From IMG/VR virus record IMGVR_UViG_3300045988_075937: a stretch of 36,557 bases of DNA; one strand, given 5' to 3'. The notes below the pieces were generated by a model that had not been told where the DNA came from, made no database searches, and worked only from the letters and a program-made list of their open reading frames with translations. This stretch comes from a virus. The position numbers and the translations under genes were made by a program. This document shows, piece by piece, positions 6,433 to 12,533 of this stretch. How positions within the stretch are numbered: the stretch's first letter is position 1; each line of letters opens with the position of its first letter.

Positions 6433-6489
6433 ACCCGCTAAGCCTCTGGGTGCATTGCATCTATGCGTATCATGGCGGGTCTTTTTTTA
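6433..6489 (+). terminator. Leader hairpin (ACCCGC...GCGGGT) followed by T7, between the promoter and the abi RBS (possible attenuator)
   Basis: A 6-bp GC-rich stem with a 36-nt loop that contains an inner GCAT/ATGC stem, then a T7 run. Confidence 0.4.
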
Positions 6490-6513
6490 TGTCAATTTTT
6501 GAGGATGTCCAAT

Positions 6514-7389
6514 ATGCCTGAAACAAAATCTTTTTGTACCTATGAACAGCAGCTCCAAATTCTAAAAAGGCGCGGCTTATCAATTGCCGATGATACTTTG
6601 GCCCTTCAGTGGCTTCGGGAAAAGAATTATTATCGCCTGAGTGCCTATTCCCTCACGCTGCGGCGCAAAAATCCTTCTACTGGAGAAGATGAATTTTTAA
6701 AGGACTCATCTTTTTCTACAATCATCGACCTTTATCAGTTTGATGAACAGTTTCGTGCTGCTATCTCTCACGCTGCAGCTATTGCAGAAACCAACCTCAA
6801 AGCCTATATTGCTTACTACCATGCCCGCCAATACGGTCCGGTCGGCTATCTGGATGGAAATCATTTTGAAGATCCCTGGCGGCACGCTAAACTTTTGAAT
6901 GGCCTTTCCAAATCTCTCGGCTTGCGAAAAGATGAACCATTTGTTTTACATCATCATAAGGATTTGAACGACGTATATCCTGTTTGGGTTATCGTTGAGG
7001 TTTTGACCTTTGATCAGGTTTCTATGATGTACCGTAACCTGCTGCCGGAAGACCGTGCTGCCATTGCTCGTGAGTTCTATGGTATTTCTTCTCGTGAATA
7101 CATTGAAAACTGGACTCATTGTGCTGTTGTTGCTCGCAACATCGCTGCACATGGTTCCCGCTTTTATCATCGACAGCGTGTTAATCCTCCCGCAAGAATG
7201 CCTAAATCCATCAATTCTTACGGCACAAAACCATTCGGATATGTATATGCTCTTTGGCATTTACTTCCCATTCCTGACCGCAGCGCATTTGTCAACGCCG
7301 TTCATGATTGCTTTATAGCACATCCCTCTGCTCAACTTTCTGAATTGGGTTTTCCTGATAATTGGCTTGATATTTTAACCGTCCATTGA
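6514..7389 (+). CDS. Abi_2 (AbiD/AbiF-like) abortive-infection protein (291 aa)
   Basis: Family pattern: YEQQLQILKRRGLSI.D...A...L...NYYRLSAY...F..IIDLYQFDEQFR. GAGGA lies 8 nt upstream of the ATG at 6514. Confidence 0.85.
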   Translation: MPETKSFCTYEQQLQILKRRGLSIADDTLALQWLREKNYYRLSAYSLTLRRKNPSTGEDEFLKDSSFSTIIDLYQFDEQFRAAISHAAAIAETNLKAYIAYYHARQYGPVGYLDGNHFEDPWRHAKLLNGLSKSLGLRKDEPFVLHHHKDLNDVYPVWVIVEVLTFDQVSMMYRNLLPEDRAAIAREFYGISSREYIENWTHCAVVARNIAAHGSRFYHRQRVNPPARMPKSINSYGTKPFGYVYALWHLLPIPDRSAFVNAVHDCFIAHPSAQLSELGFPDNWLDILTVH

Positions 7390-7394
7390 TTTTT

Positions 7395-7420
7395 GAGCGC
7401 CCACCCGGCGCTCCTTTTTT
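7395..7420 (+). terminator. Rho-independent terminator after abi (GAGCGCC-caccc-GGCGCTC + T6)
   Basis: 7-bp GC stem, 5-nt loop and a T-run. Confidence 0.8.
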
Positions 7421-7606
7421 ACAAACGCAAAGAACCCCTCAGCTGTTTCCAGCCAAGGGGTTCTCTGCTCTGCTGTCTGTCCAAAAGAAAAGTAGGAGGT
7501 TCTATCATGGAATGCCTTGCAAATCCCGTCGCGTCTCCGCTTTTCTATTGTAAATCCAATATGATCCTTCTGCAACCCAGAATTTTTTCAGAGGAGGTGT
7601 GTACTC

Positions 7607-8740
7607 ATGGCAAACAAAAAAGGTTCCGATGGCCGTTACCGCTACCGTGTCTGCATCGGCAAAGATGAAACCGGCAAGCCCAAATACAAAAGCTTTTACA
7701 GCACCACCGCAAAAGCAGCGCGTGCTGCTGCCGAAGCTTACCGCGCAGCACTGGGCAAAGGAATGGATCCCGCCCAATCCGAAGCCACCCTTGCCACTCT
7801 ATACGATAACCTGATCGCTGCCAAAACAGCCAAAGGCATCGGGCAAAAGAGTCTCGACCGCTATGAAGACAATAAAAACCATTGGGGTCCGCTTCTGGAT
7901 CAGCCTGCAGCAGATCTTCGCACTGCCGACTTCCAGCGGGTCCTTAACTCTCTGGCCCAGTGGCACAATGGCAAACCACCACTGTCCCACTTCACGCTGT
8001 CTAATCTGCGCAGCAGCGCCAAGGCTGCCTATGAACTCGCTATCCCAGAAGTGGTACAATACAATCCCATTGTTAAAACTACCTGCCCTGCCGGTGCTGA
8101 TCCTGAGCACCGTGAGCCTATCACAGAGGAACAGCAGCAGTGGATCCGCGAAACGCCTCACCGCGCCCAGCGTGCTGCCATGCTGCTGCTTTACTCAGGC
8201 CTCCGCCGCGGCGAAGCTACCGCCCTCACCTGGGCCGATGTCGATTTGAAAGAAGCCACGATCACCGTTCACAGCGGTTATAATTTCAAGGATAAAAAAA
8301 TCAAGGATCCCAAAACAGAAGCCGGTGTCCGGGTCGTTAATATTCCAAAGATCCTTGTGGACTATCTCAAAACTCAGCAGGACGATTGCTTGTATGTGCT
8401 GCATACTGTAAAGGGCCACCGCATGACAGAGCAGGCATGGAAAACTCTGTGGAGCAGCTACATGACCGATCTGAATGCAAAGTACGGCTATCGCGGCGAA
8501 GAAAGCAAAAAGCGCCCAGGCGGCCTGTCCATGCGCATTGAACCCTTTACACCTCACCAGCTGCGGCACACATTTTGTACCCTGATGTACTTTGCCGGGG
8601 TCGATGTTCTCACCGCCCGCGATCAAATGGGTCATAAGGATATCAGCGTCACCCTCGGCATCTACACATCCCTTGATAAAAAATTCAAGAAAAAGAAGAT
8701 CAATCGTCTGGACTCCTATCTCAAAAAACAGACCGGCTAA
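7607..8740 (+). CDS. int: Tyrosine site-specific integrase (377 aa)
   Basis: Catalytic pattern: RRGE, HQLRHT..., GHKDISVTLGIYT (R..HxxR..H..Y). GAGGAGG RBS. attP lies immediately downstream. Confidence 0.95.
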   Translation: MANKKGSDGRYRYRVCIGKDETGKPKYKSFYSTTAKAARAAAEAYRAALGKGMDPAQSEATLATLYDNLIAAKTAKGIGQKSLDRYEDNKNHWGPLLDQPAADLRTADFQRVLNSLAQWHNGKPPLSHFTLSNLRSSAKAAYELAIPEVVQYNPIVKTTCPAGADPEHREPITEEQQQWIRETPHRAQRAAMLLLYSGLRRGEATALTWADVDLKEATITVHSGYNFKDKKIKDPKTEAGVRVVNIPKILVDYLKTQQDDCLYVLHTVKGHRMTEQAWKTLWSSYMTDLNAKYGYRGEESKKRPGGLSMRIEPFTPHQLRHTFCTLMYFAGVDVLTARDQMGHKDISVTLGIYTSLDKKFKKKKINRLDSYLKKQTG

Positions 8741-8747
8741 TTTGCAA

Positions 8748-8767
8748 TGGCGCAAAAGTGGCGCACA
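8748..8767 (+). repeat. Arm-type repeat cluster, left of the attP core (2 x TGGCGCA(A/C)A)
   Basis: TGGCGCAAAAGTGGCGCACA read directly. The same motif recurs at 8991..9020. Confidence 0.5.
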
Positions 8768-8818
8768 TCGTTTGTATTTTTATCGTATTTATGTGTTTTA
8801 TTCTCAATTCCTCGCCCG

Positions 8819-8863
8819 CTCGTAATGAGCAGGTCGCCTGTTCGAATCAGGTCAGTAGCTCCA
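8819..8863 (+). other. attP core: 3' half of a tRNA-Thr(CGU)-like sequence; no 5' half, so not a functional tRNA
   Basis: The segments are anticodon loop CTCGTAA, TGAGC, variable loop AGGTC, T-arm GCCTG-TTCGAAT-CAGGT, acceptor strand CAGTAGC, discriminator T and CCA. The complementary 5' acceptor strand GCTACTG is absent upstream. Confidence 0.6.
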
Positions 8864-8870
8864 AAACAAA

Positions 8871-8920
8871 ATCCCCAAAAAGCGGCTTTGTGCCTAGCTT
8901 TTTGGGGATTTTTCTTTTTG
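8871..8920. terminator. Strong bidirectional terminator (13-bp stem ATCCCCAAAAAGC/GCTTTTTGGGGAT, T-rich on both sides)
   Basis: Read directly. It lies between the convergent int and lysis-cassette transcription units. Confidence 0.8.
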
Positions 8921-8990
8921 TAGCCGTCCTTTGGTTTTTAGAAAGAAGCGCCTTGATTACCCTTATTTTACCACAACTTCCCTAAATCAG

Positions 8991-9020
8991 TGGCGCAAAA
9001 AGTGGCGCAAAATGGCACAC
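8991..9020 (+). repeat. Arm-type repeat cluster, right of the attP core (3 x TGGC(G/A)CA(A/C)A)
   Basis: TGGCGCAAAAAGTGGCGCAAAATGGCACAC read directly. Confidence 0.5.
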
Positions 9021-9059
9021 AGCATCAGATTATTTTCGTGCTCTGTATCGCTGTGTAAC

Positions 9060-9326
9060 TTACTTTCCCTGTGCCTTCAGCTTGTCGTAGGTCTGGTCTG
9101 CCTGAAGGGCTGCAGGGGTGAAGCTGTTGTTCTTCCACCACGCGACCAGCGCGGCCACGGTGGTGATACCGGCGGTGACCAGCTGCTCCACGGTCTGGCT
9201 CTCGATGGGCAGCACGGGCTTGCCCAGTGCAGACAGCACCTGATTGGTCAGGGCCAGCAGCAGGCAGGCGGTGCGGGCAATGGTGCCTGCGGAGATGGTG
9301 GGTGCGTTGTAGGTGTGTTCGTCCAT
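9060..9326 (-). CDS. Holin, phiLC3 / Phage_holin_1 family (88 aa)
   Basis: ARTACLLLALTNQVLSALGKPVLPI...AALVAWWKNNSFT matches the family signature. It is the last gene of the lysis cassette. Confidence 0.85.
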   Translation of the reverse strand: MDEHTYNAPTISAGTIARTACLLLALTNQVLSALGKPVLPIESQTVEQLVTAGITTVAALVAWWKNNSFTPAALQADQTYDKLKAQGK

Positions 9327-9328
9327 AG

Positions 9329-9562
9329 TTAGGTCCTTTCTCTTTCGTGTTCGTCTGCTTCTAAATCAGCGATGCGGTGGTTGGCCACCTTCATCTGCTC
9401 TTCCAAAATGGGGACGCGGCGGGCAAAATTGTTGTGCTCCCGCACCTCCCGGGTCAGCTCTTCCAGCTTGGTGTCGGTCACGGCCTGACTGCGGCTGTTG
9501 GCGATCAGCACGCCGATCAGGGTCACCGCACCGGCAAGGATGGCTGAGATGATGCTTTCCAC
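9329..9562 (-). CDS. N-terminally membrane-anchored coiled-coil protein (77 aa, GTG start); possible lysis accessory (XhlA-like role)
   Basis: GGAGG lies 10 nt upstream of the GTG at 9562. TM segment SIISAILAGAVTLIGVLIA followed by a heptad-like region. It lies between the endolysin side and the holin. Confidence 0.5.
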   Translation of the reverse strand: MESIISAILAGAVTLIGVLIANSRSQAVTDTKLEELTREVREHNNFARRVPILEEQMKVANHRIADLEADEHERERT

Positions 9563-9567
9563 TGGTT

Positions 9568-9870
9568 TCACACCTCCATCACGGGGATGCCGTAATCCTC
9601 TGCGCACTGGTGTTCGATACGGCAGCCGCGGGCATTCTTCCAGCCCGGAGCAAAGATTGCCACATCGGCCTTTGCAAGGAACTCGATGCTCCGGGCCAGA
9701 TAGTCCAGTGGCTTTGCTGCCGGGCCGAAATCATCAAAGAAGGTTTCCAGCGGAGCCACATCTTCACCCAACAGAGCCTTTGCCTTGCTGATCGCGGCGG
9801 TGCGTTCCTGAAGTACCTGTTCATCGGACAAGCCACCCATGGGCTGGCTGATAAAAATAGTCTTGCTCAT
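9568..9870 (-). CDS. DUF4406-like (nucleoside 2-deoxyribosyltransferase-like fold) protein (100 aa)
   Basis: Pattern: IFISQPMGG....ADVAIFAPGWKNARGCRIEHQCAEDYGIPV (compare YISGPM.G...CD.I..L.GW..S.GA..E...A...G..V). Confidence 0.6.
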   Translation of the reverse strand: MSKTIFISQPMGGLSDEQVLQERTAAISKAKALLGEDVAPLETFFDDFGPAAKPLDYLARSIEFLAKADVAIFAPGWKNARGCRIEHQCAEDYGIPVMEV

Positions 9871-9878
9871 TATTCACC

Positions 9879-10301
9879 TCACAGCGTCCACCGGCTCTTG
9901 TTCGGGCGGGTGTCCACGTGCACCCAGCCGGTCTTGCGCGTCGGGTGCGCCGCGTCCTTCGGGTAGCGGCCGATGCCACCGCGCCCGGGCAGCAGCTTCT
10001 CTGCGTAGGCGGCCACAGTAGCCACCGGTACGCCTTCCACCCAGAAGTCCGCAGCCCGGCCCTGAATGTGCTGGCTGTTCTTGCTGGCACCGGGCAGCGT
10101 TGCATTATAGGCAGCGGTGCGGTAGCCGCTGGTGATATGTACCTTTGCGCCAAAGTGCTCTCGGATACACTGCAAAAGCACCACCAGCTCGTCATCGATC
10201 AGAATGGTGTCCGATGCCCTGCACGCAAATTCCTTTACCCGAAAGCAGGGGGCCAGATAGGTTTTGCCGTCCTTCTTCAGGCTGTACTTTTTGATTGCCA
10301 T
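9879..10301 (-). CDS. Endolysin, peptidase M15 (zinc D-Ala-D-Ala carboxypeptidase-like) single domain (140 aa)
   Basis: Metal-binding pattern SGYRTAAYN....SQHIQGRAADF...VHVD. It sits in the lysis cassette. Confidence 0.85.
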   Translation of the reverse strand: MAIKKYSLKKDGKTYLAPCFRVKEFACRASDTILIDDELVVLLQCIREHFGAKVHITSGYRTAAYNATLPGASKNSQHIQGRAADFWVEGVPVATVAAYAEKLLPGRGGIGRYPKDAAHPTRKTGWVHVDTRPNKSRWTL

Positions 10302-10324
10302 ATGTATCACGTCCTTTCACGGGG

Positions 10325-10477
10325 TCAGGCGCTGGTTTTTTCGGCCAGCATCTCGGTCAGCTCGGCATACTGCTCATCGGTCAGCTTGTTGGCGGCGTAG
10401 AAGATATCCAGCTTCTTTGCCATACCGGCGGTCTGGCCGCGCTCGATCATGCGCTTGCAGGTGTTATAAAGTGCCAT
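10325..10477 (-). CDS. XkdX-family small phage protein (50 aa)
   Basis: KKLDIFYAANKLTDEQYAELTEML matches the XkdX pattern. AGGA lies 9 nt upstream of the ATG at 10477. Confidence 0.7.
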   Translation of the reverse strand: MALYNTCKRMIERGQTAGMAKKLDIFYAANKLTDEQYAELTEMLAEKTSA

Positions 10478-10496
10478 AGTAGTCATTCCTTTCTGT

Positions 10497-10925
10497 TTAT
10501 GCGGTGGTTTCATCATCGGTCACGCCCAGCTCCAAAAGAGTCAGGCGGTAGTCCTGGTCAAGGTTCAAAGCGTCCGCGTCCGCAAGAGCGGCATTCAGCG
10601 CCGCCACCGTCTCCGGCAGCTTGTCCTTCGCTTCCTGCTTTTTGCGTTCTTCTTCCTGCGCGGCCAGCTCTTCGGCGGTGTAGCGGATGTATCTCTGCAC
10701 TGGCATCTGCTCAGTCCATGCGGCCTGCGCAGGCACGCCCGGCACATCAATGACCTTCCGCACATCCCTGCCGCCGTTGGGGTACTCCGCCACCGTCTCG
10801 TAGTGGCTCACTTCCTCTACACCTTCCACAGCCGGGTGCTCCACTGGTTCGGTGTCGTCCACCAGATACCCAAGCGTCAGGTCCGGGTTTTCAATGGCTG
10901 CACCGTTCTCGTCAATGATCTTCAT
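10497..10925 (-). CDS. Hypothetical tail-fibre-associated protein (142 aa)
   Basis: AAAGGAGG RBS. Position between the tail fibre and XkdX. Confidence 0.6.
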   Translation of the reverse strand: MKIIDENGAAIENPDLTLGYLVDDTEPVEHPAVEGVEEVSHYETVAEYPNGGRDVRKVIDVPGVPAQAAWTEQMPVQRYIRYTAEELAAQEEERKKQEAKDKLPETVAALNAALADADALNLDQDYRLTLLELGVTDDETTA

Positions 10926-10943
10926 GGTTCAAAACCTCCTTTC

Positions 10944-12386
10944 TCAGGCCACGCGCCGCCAGATGTGCACATAGTAGGCGGCAGGCTGCACGGTGGCGCT
11001 GCGGCCGTAGATGGCATTAGACTTGGACGCATCCAGACTGAACTTATATACATCAGAAAAGTTACTGTATTCGCCCGTAGATGCGATCTCGCTGCCGGCA
11101 GTGAATGCGCCAGATACCTTATGTTCACCCTTTTTTACATCCGCGACAAAAGAGCCTGTGATGTTCGGCAGTCCGGCCTCCACGGTGGTGCCCGCTGCGT
11201 GGCCGCTGCCAGCACCCATCAGTACCCGGTTCTGCGCAATCTCCTGCCATGTACCGCCGAACAGTGCGGCAGGGCTTGTACGTGCGGTGCTCTGGTAGAT
11301 GCTGCCCACGGGGTAAGGGTCCGGGGCAGTACCGCCCGCCAGATGCAGCGTGCCGTCTGCATCTGCCGTGAAGTCGTCACTCAGCTTGACACCGCCCAGC
11401 GTGGTGGTGGTGGCGGCGGGGAGGGTGTAGTGCACGGTGTCGCCGCTGCCAAAGGTCAGCACCAGTTCTCCGTTTTGCAGCTCTGCACTCTTCAGGTAGT
11501 CACCGCTTTCCTTTTCCACCGCACCCACGTCGTCCGCAGTCAACGGGGTATTCTTTCCGGTGCCGCCATGTGCTGCGGGCAGGATGCCGGTCATGTTTTC
11601 CAGTGTCGTGGTGTCCTTGGTCTGCATGGTCTTCGTGCTTCCGTCGCCGAAGGTCAGCGTCAGGGTGCGGTCTGTCAGCGAAATGCTCTTCACGTAGCCC
11701 GCGCTGTTCGCTCCCACCGCACCAAGATCCTCCGCCGTCAGGGTCACAACGCCGCCCTTGCCGTTCACCTTTACCACCGCGCCATCTTCGGGCGGCGCAA
11801 AATTCTCGGCACGATCTGCAGCCCGCTGCGCCCGCTCCGCATCGCCTTGGGCGCTGCCCGCCGCTTTCTGTGCCATTTTTGCCGCCCTTGCCGCGTTCGC
11901 TCCGGCTGTCGCTGCAGTGTCTGCGTCCCGCTTTGCTGCTGCGGCCGCGTTCCGCGCTTCCTTTGCGCTTTCCTGTGCCCCGGTCGCATATCCCAGCACC
12001 CGCGCCACAAAAAGCTCGTACTGCGTCGGGCTGATCTCTGCATCGCCGTCTGTGTTCAGTGTTTCATAGCAGTCATACCGGGCCGGTCGGGTCAGCGCCC
12101 GGTATCCGTCCTCACCCAGAGCCAGCAGCATCCAGCTGCCGCAGGGGCTGGCGGTAAATTCCTTGCCCACCGCTGCGCTGTACTCCTCGTCCAGCAGGAT
12201 CGGTGTCGGCAGTGTGCCGTCCTGCCGCTGGATGTGCAGCGTCACGGCACATCCGGCCCACTCCTGCGGCAGCTCAAACTTCAGCCTTTCCACATTGGCG
12301 CTGCTCTGCCCGCCCAGATGCAGCACCCGCATCTCCGGGCCAAACTCCACACCGCCAAAGTTTTTCCGAATAATTTTCACCCGCAT
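10944..12386 (-). CDS. Tail fibre / receptor-binding protein (480 aa)
   Basis: GGAGG lies 7 nt upstream of the ATG at 12386. An Ala-rich coiled coil is present. The C-terminal motif DPYPVGSIYQS....LFGGTWQEI..RVLMGAG is typical of phage fibre/collar C-termini. Confidence 0.8.
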   Translation of the reverse strand: MRVKIIRKNFGGVEFGPEMRVLHLGGQSSANVERLKFELPQEWAGCAVTLHIQRQDGTLPTPILLDEEYSAAVGKEFTASPCGSWMLLALGEDGYRALTRPARYDCYETLNTDGDAEISPTQYELFVARVLGYATGAQESAKEARNAAAAAKRDADTAATAGANAARAAKMAQKAAGSAQGDAERAQRAADRAENFAPPEDGAVVKVNGKGGVVTLTAEDLGAVGANSAGYVKSISLTDRTLTLTFGDGSTKTMQTKDTTTLENMTGILPAAHGGTGKNTPLTADDVGAVEKESGDYLKSAELQNGELVLTFGSGDTVHYTLPAATTTTLGGVKLSDDFTADADGTLHLAGGTAPDPYPVGSIYQSTARTSPAALFGGTWQEIAQNRVLMGAGSGHAAGTTVEAGLPNITGSFVADVKKGEHKVSGAFTAGSEIASTGEYSNFSDVYKFSLDASKSNAIYGRSATVQPAAYYVHIWRRVA

Positions 12387-12409
12387 CCCGCTGCCTCCTT
12401 CCGTCCTTC

Positions 12410-12453
12410 TCAGCCTATCACACAAACGTCCGTAATAACACTGCGGACTTTTT
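12410..12453 (-). promoter_or_regulatory. Late-promoter-like box, copy 2: GTCCGCAGTGTT-N16-TGaTAGGCT (extended -10), 20-nt leader to the tail-fibre ATG
   Basis: Collinear with the box at 34610..34653, with identical spacing (24 nt between the two blocks). Confidence 0.55.
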
Positions 12454-12488
12454 TCAAACTTTTCCATTTCAAAAGAACCACATATACA

Positions 12489-12524
12489 AATCCCCCGGCG
12501 TGAAATTCATCGCGCCGGGGGATT
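12489..12524 (-). terminator. 12-bp-stem hairpin right after the giant ORF (AATCCCCCGGCG/CGCCGGGGGATT)
   Basis: Read directly. The U-tract on the minus strand is only moderate (ATTTGTATAT) and stronger on the plus strand. Confidence 0.55.
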
Positions 12525-12533
12525 TTTCTTTTC

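Noticed and set aside
6463-6513. In-frame upstream ATG (6463) extending the Abi protein by 17 aa.
   Set aside because: There is no RBS. The extension lies inside the leader hairpin and T7 tract. ATG 6514 has GAGGA at 8 nt.
8780-8863. A complete tRNA gene next to the integrase.
   Set aside because: Only the anticodon-loop-to-CCA half is present. The 5' acceptor strand (GCTACTG) and the D-arm are absent upstream, so it is interpreted as the attP core rather than a functional tRNA.
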